Below are positions 17,136 through 25,756 of a DNA stretch of 45,202 nucleotides, in pieces; the stretch's first letter is position 1, and the number at the start of each line of letters is the position of its first letter. The translations under genes were made by a program, and so were the position numbers. The notes under the pieces are model-generated. The model had not been told where the DNA came from, searched no databases, and saw nothing but the letters and a program-made list of their open reading frames with translations. The stretch spans positions 1 through 45,202 of the forward strand of contig CAZCDQ010000003.1 in assembly GCA_964497605.1 (NCBI GenBank). Direction: 5' to 3'. Source of the DNA: an uncultured bacterium. GTDB lineage: Bacteria > Latescibacterota > Latescibacteria > Latescibacterales > Latescibacteraceae.

Positions 17136-17360
17136 ATGAACTACCCCGACCCAAGGGTCGAGGTATCAAAGGCAGCCCCCTTTCTGTCACTTCGTGACAC
17201 CTTTCCCCCAAAGGGGGCAAGGAAATAATTGTATCACCCTCATTTGTTGCCCCCAACTGGGGAAACGCAGAGCCAGAGGCGGGAAAGGGGCTGTTTGACA
17301 CATGAATACAATCATTGTTTTACCCCGACGCAAGCGTCGAGGAATTCTTTAGATTAAGAG
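17136..17360. repeat. REP/BIME-like mosaic module, copy 2, carrying a nested palindromic insertion of about 120 bp
   Basis: It has the same flanks and the same two palindromes as copy 1 (CCCCGACCCAAGGGTCGAGG and CCCCGACGCAAGCGTCGAGG). The inner segment 17173-17293 is bounded by CAGCCCCCTTTC / GGGAAAGGGGCTG and contains the hairpins GTCACTTCGTGAC and CCCCCAAAGGGGG. Confidence 0.75.
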
Positions 17361-17390
17361 GAAACCGTTTTGACCACTATTAAAGATCGT

Positions 17391-18299
17391 TTAACGGAGA
17401 AAATCGACGAGCCTCGGACGAAGCAGACGTGCGCCCGCCTCGAGTGATGCCTGAAGGGTTAAAAGCTCCATCTGGTAGTTCATAATCGCTTCCGACGCTT
17501 CAATATCTTCAGTAGCGGAAAGGTATTCTGTATAGCTTATTTCGTCCGATTCGGCACGGGTTTCTGCCGCTTGTACACGTTTCACTCTGGCGCCGAGAGA
17601 CGCCTGCACGTTATAAATCTTTTCCGAACCGTCCTGCAGAAAGCCTAAATCCTGGTTGAGCGCCTCAGAATCGCCGGTGCGGAGATCGTCTCTGATTTTT
17701 ATTGCAATATCAAAAAGATTTTGTCCTTTTTCAAACAGGTCTTCACCGTTTACATTAATCTTAATTCTGATACGGTCGCCGATCATACTTTCAATGTCAC
17801 CGCCGGAACCGGTCGTTTTTATCGATGTGATTTCACCATTAGCGTCATATGTAGCCTGATAAGGAGCAACATTGTTATGAGTACCTCCAAAAACATATGA
17901 CGATTCCGATCTGCTGTTTGCGATATTGTATAACTGTTCCACAAGCTGATTTACCTCGCCGGCAATCGACAATTTATCGGATACACCGTATGAATCCGAC
18001 GCGCCCTGTACGGTCAGAGTGGAAAGCCGCTGAAAAATTTCGGCAAGCTGAATGGCCTGACTTTCGGTATTATCGAGAGTAACTTTTGCCCGGCCAATAT
18101 TCCGCTGGTACTGGTTGATTTCGTCGAGTTTTGTTCTGATATTCATCGATGTCATTGCATCGACAGGATTGTCAGAGGGTTTATTAACACTTTTATTGGT
18201 CAGTACTTTCGTTTCAGCATCGTAAAGCCTTTCCGAACTGAATACCAGATTCGAAAGCAGATTATTCTGTAAAATCCTATCGGTAACTCTCATTGCCAT
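17391..18299 (-). CDS. flgL: Flagellar hook-associated protein 3
   Basis: The flagellin-like N-terminus is MRVTDRILQNNLLSNL, the C-terminal helix is conserved, and the gene lies immediately after flgK. Confidence 0.9.
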   Translation of the reverse strand: MAMRVTDRILQNNLLSNLVFSSERLYDAETKVLTNKSVNKPSDNPVDAMTSMNIRTKLDEINQYQRNIGRAKVTLDNTESQAIQLAEIFQRLSTLTVQGASDSYGVSDKLSIAGEVNQLVEQLYNIANSRSESSYVFGGTHNNVAPYQATYDANGEITSIKTTGSGGDIESMIGDRIRIKINVNGEDLFEKGQNLFDIAIKIRDDLRTGDSEALNQDLGFLQDGSEKIYNVQASLGARVKRVQAAETRAESDEISYTEYLSATEDIEASEAIMNYQMELLTLQASLEAGARLLRPRLVDFLR

Positions 18300-18321
18300 T
18301 CTCCGTGATCAGTTATCTAAG

Positions 18322-19713
18322 CTAAAGAATATTCAATACTTCTTCGATCATTTGATCGAAAACTTGTATCAATCTTGACGCGCTCTGATAGATATGTTGC
18401 GATTGAATCATCATCACCAATTCCTCGTCGACACTAACACCTTTAACGCTTTCCCGCGAGTTGTTCATCTGTGTCACCAGAAGCTCGCCGTTGATTCTGC
18501 TCGATTTCGCTTCTCTGGCGATAACGCCGAGATTTGCGATAAATCCGTTATAGAATTCGGTTATGGAGTACTTGTTGTCGACAACGCGCTGGTCTTTCAA
18601 TCCGTTGATATTGAACGCGTTCGTATTATCGCCGGGAGTCCCATCAATTGAAACGCCGATATGGGATACATCGTCTATATCGCGTGAAAGCTCCATATTG
18701 AATGCGTATTTAGTATTCGGATTAAAGAAATCCCGGTTTTTCAAACCGTCAAGCCCATAACCGATCTGGTGCTCGAAATTGATAGTCGTCACAATCGCTT
18801 CGGCAAGTTTATTGAGATCGGAGAGCAGTTCCGAAACAACATTATCGCGGAAATTGATCAGTCCGCCCAGCATACCGTCAATCGGTTCGAATTCGAGCCC
18901 TTCATCCGTAAAAATCGTGGTGCGGACGTTTCCGTCCTCCAACACCTCATTTCTTGTCGAGAGTTCAGTGTAGGCCTCGCGTTCTGCCATAACGATGTTA
19001 CCAATAAGAACGGTCGTAGACCCGTTATCCTTTTTCACCGTTCGCACACTCGCGAAATTTGAAAGCTCATCGACCAGCAGATCGAGTTTATCGCGGAGGT
19101 CGTTTGCCGGACCGCCCTGTGCCTCGGATTTGAATATCGCCGCGTTCAGATCGGTGATCTCGCGAACAATTTCGTTTATCTGTTTCGGTACGGCGACAAT
19201 TTCATTATTCACATCGTCACGAAGCCCGATCAGGGAATTGTAAATCCGTTTGAGCCGGTCGGCCATTTCTGTTGCAACACTGTGAAGGCTTTGACGGGCA
19301 GCGATGTCCTGCGGTGCATTGGAAATATCGAGCCACCCGTTGAAGAAATCGTTGATAATGCCGCCGAGACTTCTGTCGGAGGGTTCGTCGAACAATAGCT
19401 CGACCTGATGCATCATTTCCTCTGTTTTCTGGTCGTAATTAAGCCCCTGGTTCACTTTACGGAATATGCCGTCATATAACTCAAACCGAGATCGGTAGAC
19501 CATCGTAGATTCAACTCCCGAACCGACCTTAAGTGTCGGGGAGGTCCTAAGTGCGCCCCGACTCGAATCGTCGATCGCTGATAGCGAGACCGTCTGACGC
19601 GAGTATCCGGGCGTATTCGCATTCGCGATATTATGCGCGGTCGTGTTCATAACATCGGTTTGCGCTTTAAGCGTATTTCTGTTTATATTTATCCCGTAAA
19701 AGAGGTTTCCCAT
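18322..19713 (-). CDS. flgK: Flagellar hook-associated protein 1
   Basis: The N-terminus is TAHNIANANTPGYSRQ and the C-terminus is GVSVDEELVMMIQSQHIYQSASRLIQ. Confidence 0.92.
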   Translation of the reverse strand: MGNLFYGININRNTLKAQTDVMNTTAHNIANANTPGYSRQTVSLSAIDDSSRGALRTSPTLKVGSGVESTMVYRSRFELYDGIFRKVNQGLNYDQKTEEMMHQVELLFDEPSDRSLGGIINDFFNGWLDISNAPQDIAARQSLHSVATEMADRLKRIYNSLIGLRDDVNNEIVAVPKQINEIVREITDLNAAIFKSEAQGGPANDLRDKLDLLVDELSNFASVRTVKKDNGSTTVLIGNIVMAEREAYTELSTRNEVLEDGNVRTTIFTDEGLEFEPIDGMLGGLINFRDNVVSELLSDLNKLAEAIVTTINFEHQIGYGLDGLKNRDFFNPNTKYAFNMELSRDIDDVSHIGVSIDGTPGDNTNAFNINGLKDQRVVDNKYSITEFYNGFIANLGVIAREAKSSRINGELLVTQMNNSRESVKGVSVDEELVMMIQSQHIYQSASRLIQVFDQMIEEVLNIL

Positions 19714-19720
19714 GTTTATC

Positions 19721-20236
19721 TCACAATCTTCCGTCTACGTGAACGCTTCCGGAAAGTTTTGCTGCATTCGCATTTGAGGTATATGTATCATCTCCACATA
19801 CTTCGGTTCCGAATTCCTTGAGAATGTATCGGATATTCCCCTCGACAATCATAGCGCCTTGTTTAATGAGCACATTGTTCGTGATCTTTTTTTGTTTCAG
19901 ATCCTCATTGATCTGAGAAAGCACATGCGCCGTTTCAAACAATTCCTTTTTCAGAGGATTGTCAACACGCTCTGCAATTTTCGAGATGGTGAGCGTATCG
20001 GGATTTTCGCCGGTCAGAAGACAGATTTTCTCAATTATTTCGGTGCGGCTTTTCTCAAGGCATGCGATACTCGAAAAGACATCTTCTTCGCGTTCGAGCA
20101 CATGAACAAGCAGATTATTATCGCACTCGATAAGCCCTTTTTCCTCGAGAATCAGAAGTTCAACGATTATATTGAACGACTGTATCTCTCGTCTCAATAA
20201 ATCTTTCAGTTCTACAACTAGATTTTCCAGTTCCAA
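19721..20236 (-). CDS. flgN: FlgN-like flagellar export chaperone
   Basis: A helical 171-aa protein lies directly upstream of flgK-flgL. It has a TTG start with a GGAGGAG RBS. The N-terminal LLRREIQSFNIIVELLILEEKGLIECDNNLL resembles the FlgN family. Confidence 0.7.
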   Translation of the reverse strand: MELENLVVELKDLLRREIQSFNIIVELLILEEKGLIECDNNLLVHVLEREEDVFSSIACLEKSRTEIIEKICLLTGENPDTLTISKIAERVDNPLKKELFETAHVLSQINEDLKQKKITNNVLIKQGAMIVEGNIRYILKEFGTEVCGDDTYTSNANAAKLSGSVHVDGRL

Positions 20237-20276
20237 TTGACTCTCCTCCTTTTGACCTTTGTATCTATATATATCG

Positions 20277-20717
20277 TCATTTTCCGGAATATTCTTTAAT
20301 GATGTTTTCGGTTTGTCCGGGTATTTTTAGCCCGTCATTGGGATCGATGCTCTTCACCATTTTACGGTATATGATTTCCGCCAATCCCATATCGCCCCGC
20401 GCAGATACTTTCTGCGCAATCGCATCGTCCATCATATCGCTGTAAATCTCTCCCGCAGCACCGGTTCCGAACATACCCCCTTCAGTCAGTGTCGAGCGCA
20501 TGCTTTTCAGGATTTCTTTCACCAGAATACCCTCAAAATCTTTCGCCGCCTTGAGAAGTTTAGTCTTCTTTGCCTCGATTGCTTCTCTGTCAATGATGTT
20601 CGAGGTCCTGAACGGGGTGTTCCGAACTGGTCCAAACTTTTCGGCATCGGGTCTGAGTTCTTTAAGGCTGCTCATCGCTGTCGTGCTTTGTTCTGAGATT
20701 TCCGATATGAATTCCAT
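20277..20717 (-). CDS. flgJ: Rod-binding protein (FlgJ N-terminal domain only, no muramidase domain)
   Basis: The Rod_binding-like core is AAKDFEGILVKEILKSMRSTL...GEIYSDMMDDAIAQKVSARGDMGLAEIIYRKM. The gene lies after flgI. Confidence 0.8.
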   Translation of the reverse strand: MEFISEISEQSTTAMSSLKELRPDAEKFGPVRNTPFRTSNIIDREAIEAKKTKLLKAAKDFEGILVKEILKSMRSTLTEGGMFGTGAAGEIYSDMMDDAIAQKVSARGDMGLAEIIYRKMVKSIDPNDGLKIPGQTENIIKEYSGK

Positions 20718-20728
20718 TCTTTGCCGCC

Positions 20729-21841
20729 TTACATAATGACTAGTTCGGCCCGAAGTGAACCGGACTCTTTCAACGCCTGAAAAATCGCGATAAGGTCGCG
20801 CGGTGTAACGCCGAGCATATTTAACGTACCCGCAACCTGACTGACGTTCACCGATTCGCCAAACGATACCATCCGATCGCCTTCCTCCCCCTGTACAGCC
20901 GGCATGTTCGGGACCGCTTGCTGCTGATCCTGCTGGCCAATCGTCAGCGACAGCGTCCCATGCATAATCGCGACTGGTGACAACGTCACCATGCTACCCG
21001 CGACAATCGTTCCGGTGCGTTCGTTGATGACCACCCGCGCCCTTTCGTCGGGATTGAATGTGACAGATTCCATTTCCGAAATGAATCTGACAATCTCGCT
21101 ATTTTCCACATATTCGTCCGGAACTTTAACCTGAATACTGCCGGCATCGCGCGAAACGGCAAGCCCCTGTTGGAAAAAGTCATTGATCGAAGATGCGAGA
21201 CGGTATGCGGTCGTATAATCAGGATTTCTCAGCGTGAGAGTCACCATATGCTCATCCATACCGAGTGTGGGTATATCGCGCTCAAGAATACCTCCGCCGG
21301 GCACAACACCGACAAGAGTGGCATTCTCGACCACTCCACCGCCGCCGCTGTAGTCCTTATTTGCGCCGCCAATACTGATTGCACCCATAGCCTTGCCGTA
21401 CAATAACTCATCGGCGTTGAAAAGCAGCACCTCCTGAAGCGTCCCGTCCTCGATGCTTTTGGCGTCGCCCATGGACGATACAGTGACATCGAACGTACCG
21501 CCGACTTTAACATACGGCGATACGGTCGCGGTGACCATGACAGCGGCGACATTTTTCGTTTTGATGCTCGTTGAGGGCACATCAAGCCCAAATTTCTTCA
21601 TCATATTGCCGATCATCCGGATTGTGAACTGCGTGGTTTTTGTGTCACCGGTACCGTTTAACCCGGTAACCAACCCTACACCCTTGAGCTGAATTTCGCG
21701 CTGGTCTTTAATAAGTACCACGTCTTTGAGCCTGACCTCTGCCGCGGCCGACGATATCAGCATAAGCATCGCGAGCACTGTAAAAGTTCCCGCCCAAAGT
21801 CGGTGTATACACGTCCGGTGTTTTTCATGGTTCGTTTTCAT
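20729..21841 (-). CDS. flgI: Flagellar P-ring protein
   Basis: A signal peptide is followed by RLKDVVLIKDQREIQLKGVGLVTGLNGTGD. The C-terminus is DLIAIFQALKESGSLRAELVIM. Confidence 0.95.
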   Translation of the reverse strand: MKTNHEKHRTCIHRLWAGTFTVLAMLMLISSAAAEVRLKDVVLIKDQREIQLKGVGLVTGLNGTGDTKTTQFTIRMIGNMMKKFGLDVPSTSIKTKNVAAVMVTATVSPYVKVGGTFDVTVSSMGDAKSIEDGTLQEVLLFNADELLYGKAMGAISIGGANKDYSGGGGVVENATLVGVVPGGGILERDIPTLGMDEHMVTLTLRNPDYTTAYRLASSINDFFQQGLAVSRDAGSIQVKVPDEYVENSEIVRFISEMESVTFNPDERARVVINERTGTIVAGSMVTLSPVAIMHGTLSLTIGQQDQQQAVPNMPAVQGEEGDRMVSFGESVNVSQVAGTLNMLGVTPRDLIAIFQALKESGSLRAELVIM

Positions 21842-21853
21842 GTCTCTATTCCT

Positions 21854-22480
21854 TTAGAATATCCAGTTTATCAAACGACCCAGAATACCAATACGCTGGC
21901 CCTGGGTCATCGAACCTTTGCCTTTATATAATAGTTTTGCATTTGCAATCTGATAGGAATAAACCGTATTCGAGGCGGTAATATATTCCGGCTGCACTAT
22001 ACCGGAGAGAGTAACGACCTCTATATCGTTGTTGATCTCCATGGTCTTCGTACCCTCGATAACAAGATTGTCGTTCGGCATGATGTCAACCACAAGCACA
22101 GTCATTCTGCTTGTGAGCGTTCCGCGTCGGTTTGTACTCGCCTGTCCGGTATACTCATTGTCGAAACTTACTTTCCCGCTCATACCGGGAAACAAACCTT
22201 TAAGAGCGCCGGTTGTAGCGTCGCCCCCGACATTACCCTCGTTTTCTTTCGATGTGTTTGTCTGCGCGGACTTTGACGCAGTGTTGGATTCCGAAATGAT
22301 CACCGACAGAGCATCGCCGACTTTCAGCGCTTTCACATCCGAATACAAGGAATTCTGCATACTCGCCTCCATCGCCGTGTCCTGACCGAGCACATCGGCT
22401 GTATTCGCGAAAAATACTCCGTAAATCACCGCCGCTATTATTGCCGCAATATATCTTTTCACTTTAACCTCCTTGAACAT
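21854..22480 (-). CDS. flgH: Flagellar L-ring protein
   Basis: LYSDVKALKVGDALSVIISE and LVIEGTKTMEINNDIEVVTLSGIVQPEYITASNTVYSYQIANAKLLYKGKG match FlgH. I saw no obvious lipobox cysteine. Confidence 0.9.
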   Translation of the reverse strand: MFKEVKVKRYIAAIIAAVIYGVFFANTADVLGQDTAMEASMQNSLYSDVKALKVGDALSVIISESNTASKSAQTNTSKENEGNVGGDATTGALKGLFPGMSGKVSFDNEYTGQASTNRRGTLTSRMTVLVVDIMPNDNLVIEGTKTMEINNDIEVVTLSGIVQPEYITASNTVYSYQIANAKLLYKGKGSMTQGQRIGILGRLINWIF

Positions 22481-23189
22481 TTGCGACGACTGTCGCAGAA
22501 TCTACAATCTTGCACGAAATCGTTGCTCTTGTCATCTCAACAAATATTTTTATAACCTCTCCGACTGCCCCATTCTGACGGGCCGTTCCTTCAGTCCTAA
22601 GCAAAATACCCTGTTTACGTACCTCAACCGTAACCGTGTCGCCGCGTTCGACCGCATAGGGCGCTCTAATGTCGGACGCTGAGAGTACTGAGCCCTCTTT
22701 TATGTGCTTTTTCGCTTCCATACCGCGTACCTCGTCGACGGTAAAACAGACTCCGCGTTCGGCAGTAATGTCAGTTTTTACAAGCTCTACATCGCTTTCC
22801 GAAATGATCTCCCCGCGCGCGACATCCCTATTCAGCGCCGCAGCGATACCGATTTTTCTCAGCTTCGGCGAGACGCGAAGCTCTCTTAGCATTTCACCGT
22901 CCGTAGCTTTAATGGTTACAGTCAACGGTAAAACCTGCCCGATTGCTCTATCGGGATCGTGGAATACCTCGATGACCGTTTCACCATCGCTTTCAACTTC
23001 GATGTCGAACATATTCGGCACATTCGGGGAGTACTCGATTCCCTCCGGCGAGGATATACCCTCGATATAAGCTGTTATTGCATCACGAATATCATCCGCG
23101 GGAATTACCGCCGCCGAAACCGATACTGCCGCGGTAAGAACCGCGATCAACACTGCCGCAGCATATTTCATGAATGTATATGGAAGCAC
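22464..23189 (-). CDS. flgA: Flagellar basal-body P-ring formation protein (SAF/ChapFlgA)
   Basis: It has a signal peptide, the SAF-like segment VARGEIISESDVELVK, and the C-terminus GDTVTVEVRKQGILLRTEGTARQNGAVGEVIKI. It lies between flgG and flgH. Confidence 0.85.
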   Translation of the reverse strand: MLPYTFMKYAAAVLIAVLTAAVSVSAAVIPADDIRDAITAYIEGISSPEGIEYSPNVPNMFDIEVESDGETVIEVFHDPDRAIGQVLPLTVTIKATDGEMLRELRVSPKLRKIGIAAALNRDVARGEIISESDVELVKTDITAERGVCFTVDEVRGMEAKKHIKEGSVLSASDIRAPYAVERGDTVTVEVRKQGILLRTEGTARQNGAVGEVIKIFVEMTRATISCKIVDSATVVANVQGG

Positions 23190-23207
23190 GTGAATAACCT
23201 CAATTCC

Positions 23208-23996
23208 TTATCGTTTCAGATTGTTCGCGACCTGCATCATGTCTTCCGAGGTCTGGATCGCTTTTGAATTGATTTCGTATGCGCGCTGGGCGACAATCAG
23301 GTTCACCATCTCCTCGACCGCTTCCACATTGGACATCTCAAGATAGCCCGATCTGATAAGACCTATCCCGTCGAGGCCGGGAACACCCTCGATGTAATCG
23401 CCCGAAGCAGTCGTTTGCGTGTAGAGATTACGGCCGACCGCAGAAAGTCCCGAGGGATTCAGGAATTTGGCAAGCGTAATCTGCCCGATCTCAGTTGCTT
23501 CGGTGTCGCCCGCAGCCATGATAGATACCGTGCCGTCCACACCGATGAAAATCTCTTTGGCATCCGCCGGAATATTGATACCCGCCACAAGCAGATAACC
23601 CTCTGAGGTCACCATATCGCCGTCGGCGGAAATCTTGATCGATCCGTCACGGGTGAATCCGGTGGTACCGTCCGGCATCTCGACCATAATGAAACCGTCG
23701 CCGTCGATGGCGACATCCAACGGCCGCTGCGTCTGGGTCAGGTTGCCCTGACTGAAAATACGCTGCGATGCTACCGCCTGCGCGCCGTAACCGATTTGAA
23801 GTTCGACCGGCACCTGATAACCGACAGTGGTCGTTCCGCCGGCCATCCTCATGACTTCGTACAATATGTCCTGGAATTCGAGTTTGGATTTCTTGAATCC
23901 CGTCGTGTTCACATTCGCCAGATTGTTTGAAATGTTGTCCACATTCAATTTCTGGGCATACATACCGCTCGCGGCGGTTCGCATAGCTCTAATCAT
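23208..23996 (-). CDS. flgG: Flagellar distal rod protein
   Basis: The N-terminus is MIRAMRTAASGMYAQKLNVDNISNNLANVNTTGFKK and the C-terminus is LEMSNVEAVEEMVNLIVAQRAYEINSKAIQTSEDM. Confidence 0.93.
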   Translation of the reverse strand: MIRAMRTAASGMYAQKLNVDNISNNLANVNTTGFKKSKLEFQDILYEVMRMAGGTTTVGYQVPVELQIGYGAQAVASQRIFSQGNLTQTQRPLDVAIDGDGFIMVEMPDGTTGFTRDGSIKISADGDMVTSEGYLLVAGINIPADAKEIFIGVDGTVSIMAAGDTEATEIGQITLAKFLNPSGLSAVGRNLYTQTTASGDYIEGVPGLDGIGLIRSGYLEMSNVEAVEEMVNLIVAQRAYEINSKAIQTSEDMMQVANNLKR

Positions 23997-24014
23997 CTTC
24001 CTACCTCGCTTTTT

Positions 24015-24758
24015 TTATCTAACGACACCGACCTCGGTCACCGACTGCTGCAGTGTCTGATCCTGAATTTGTATCGATTTTTGTCCGAGTTCGAACATTC
24101 TGAACATTTCCATCATATCCACCATCGCAAGAACCGGTTTCACATTCGATTCTTCGAGGTACCCTTGATACATTTCCGTTTGCGGATCGGGAGCAATCTC
24201 ATTCACTCCCGCTGGATTCGCGTAAAGCCCTTTGCCTATGTAGGCAAGTTGCTGATAATCGGCCTGGTCGAAATCCGTAATACCGATCCGCGACCGGAAA
24301 GCGTCATCCTCAAAAATCTCTCCGTTCGCCATGATCTCGGTATTCGTCCCGGTAATCATAACAGGCGTGCCGGCATCGTTCAGAAGAACCATTCCCTCGC
24401 CGTTAGTAAGCTGTCCGTTTTGGTCAAGGTAAAACCGGCCATTTCGGGTATAGTTTACCGCCCCTGCTGCATCCTGAAGCTGGAAAAATCCCGGACCGTT
24501 CAGCGCGATGTCGAAGTTGCGGTCTGTTTTTTCCAACCCTCCCTGAGAGAAATCGACCCAGTATTCCTCGGGAACTTCTGTGCGCTCGGCTCCGTTTGCA
24601 CGGTCGAGTGCATACTGTGCGGTGACAAGCTGCCGTAAAAACAGCGAATTTTTCTTGTAACCGTGGGTTGTCTGATTTGCAAGGTTATCGGCAACATTGG
24701 TAACCTGATTCATGCGCGGAATCATGCCTCCGACCGCTGTATAAATACCTCGTATCAT
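24015..24758 (-). CDS. flgF: Flagellar proximal rod protein (FlgF/FlgG family). The start is set at the internal ATG.
   Basis: MIRGIYTAVGGM...VADNLANQTTHGYKK and the C-terminus LEESNVKPVLAMVDMMEMFRMFE match the family. A GGAGG RBS lies 7 nt before ATG 24758, and the listed 24803 start lacks one. Confidence 0.88.
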   Translation of the reverse strand: MIRGIYTAVGGMIPRMNQVTNVADNLANQTTHGYKKNSLFLRQLVTAQYALDRANGAERTEVPEEYWVDFSQGGLEKTDRNFDIALNGPGFFQLQDAAGAVNYTRNGRFYLDQNGQLTNGEGMVLLNDAGTPVMITGTNTEIMANGEIFEDDAFRSRIGITDFDQADYQQLAYIGKGLYANPAGVNEIAPDPQTEMYQGYLEESNVKPVLAMVDMMEMFRMFELGQKSIQIQDQTLQQSVTEVGVVR

Positions 24759-24810
24759 TAATCCAGCCTCCGTTTTTGCCATGCTATTTATTATTCTGCC
24801 CAATAATTAC

Positions 24811-24825
24811 GCAACAGTCGTGCCA
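24811..24825 (-). promoter_or_regulatory. Sigma-54 (RpoN) -24/-12 promoter for the flgF-flgL gene string
   Basis: The minus strand reads TGGCACGACTGTTGC, an exact match to TGGCAC-N5-TTGC, about 53 nt upstream of the flgF ATG. Confidence 0.75.
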
Positions 24826-24860
24826 AAAACAAAAACGGCGTGCCGGTATACCGACACGCC
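24826..24860 (-). terminator. Rho-independent terminator closing the FliK-like/FlhB-C-like/DHp module
   Basis: The minus strand reads GGCGTGTCGG-TATA-CCGGCACGCC followed by GTTTTTGTTTT. The stem is 10 bp with one G-U pair. The T-tract abuts the -24 element. Confidence 0.8.
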
Positions 24861-25036
24861 TTGCTATCATATTGATAACATTTGTTTTATAAACTAGAAC
24901 TTGTTCTTTTTATTCCGCAATTATCATTCCCTTTTAATCGAGCACGAACTTTCTTCCGGTTGCGGGAAAGTTTTTCCTCTTGCATATTTGCGGCCATTCG
25001 TAATGGATTATTTGTTGTTTCGGCCGGCACATAGAG

Positions 25037-25363
25037 TCATTTTAACCGGAAGCTGCGCTCAAGATCGAGAAAAACTTCAAGGCTCTTTTCAATACGCGTT
25101 GCTTCATTCATAATGATCTGCAGTTTTTTTTTGATTTCGCTGTCCATGTCGGGTTTTTTTAAAAGCAGCAGATCGATATTTCCCACAATCGCCGTAAGCG
25201 AATTGTTTAACTCATGGCTTAGTCCACGCGCTGCTTGGGAAAGTGTTTTCAGATGCTTTTCCCCGGAATCGGCCTCATTCCGCAGTGAGCTTTTATTGAG
25301 CGTATTTTTCTTCGATTCATTATTTACCACAGCTCCTCCAACGATTGAAATATCGATTACCAC
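25037..25363 (-). CDS. Stand-alone histidine-kinase dimerisation/phosphoacceptor (HisKA/DHp) domain protein with no sensor or ATPase domain
   Basis: The H-box is LSQAARGLSHELNNSLTAIVGNIDLL (His50, codon 25214-25216), followed by a second helix. It has a GTG start and the true start is uncertain (97-108 aa). No HATPase motifs occur downstream before the terminator. Confidence 0.6.
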   Translation of the reverse strand: MVIDISIVGGAVVNNESKKNTLNKSSLRNEADSGEKHLKTLSQAARGLSHELNNSLTAIVGNIDLLLLKKPDMDSEIKKKLQIIMNEATRIEKSLEVFLDLERSFRLK

Positions 25364-25456
25364 AACGGTTTTTTATGCCGAGTTGTAAGTTCTGTTCACC
25401 AATTCTGACCGATAATATACCACAAACCGCTTCTTAAAAAAAACATTTGCGACGCC

Positions 25457-25756
25457 CTATTTCGATGCCGGGAGTGAATTGTTCAGTTTATAGATAAACG
25501 CCAGTACCTCCGCTACCGCAAGATACATTTCCGGCGGAATCGTTTCGTTTACATCAAGTGTCATAAGCAGGGCAAGAAGATCTGGGTCTTCGTGAATAGG
25601 AACGCCCGCGTCCTCGGCTGCGGCGATAATTTTTTCCGCAATCTGGCCCATACCTTTCGCCACCAATCGCGGGGCACGGTCGAGGTCTGTCTTATACCGC
25701 AGCGCCGCTGCAGATTTCCGTCCGGACATGCGCTTTTTTGCCTGTTTTTCGTTCAT
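25457..25756 (-). CDS. FlhB C-terminal-domain-like protein (EscU/YscU/HrcU-family switch-domain homolog, YlqH-like)
   Basis: This 99-aa protein aligns with the post-cleavage part of FlhB encoded in this same window. Compare AAALRYKTDLDRAPRLVAKGMGQIAEKIIAAAEDAGVPIHEDPDLLALL...IPPEMYLAVAEVLAFIYKL with IAVALSYEAGMPAPVVVAKGRRLLAERIRTIAAESGVPIVENVALAQAL...IPADLFTAVAEVLAYVYRL. Confidence 0.85.
   Translation of the reverse strand: MNEKQAKKRMSGRKSAAALRYKTDLDRAPRLVAKGMGQIAEKIIAAAEDAGVPIHEDPDLLALLMTLDVNETIPPEMYLAVAEVLAFIYKLNNSLPASK

Noticed and set aside
16989-17301. ORFs of 79 aa (+) and 61 aa (-) in the ttcA-flgL intergenic region
   Set aside because: They are translations of the palindromic repeat module, which can be read on both strands. 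No RBS is present.
24685-24692. Perfect sigma-28 -10 box GCCGATAA on the minus strand inside flgF, and another at 28364-28371 inside flhG
   Set aside because: Both lie inside coding sequence (encoding VADN and ADKS respectively). Neither has a TAAA -35 element at 15-16 nt spacing, so they are coincidental.
24901-25113. 70-aa plus-strand ORF in and next to the DHp gene 3' region
   Set aside because: It has no RBS, a hydrophobic and aromatic nonsense-like sequence, and it overlaps the minus-strand DHp gene end.
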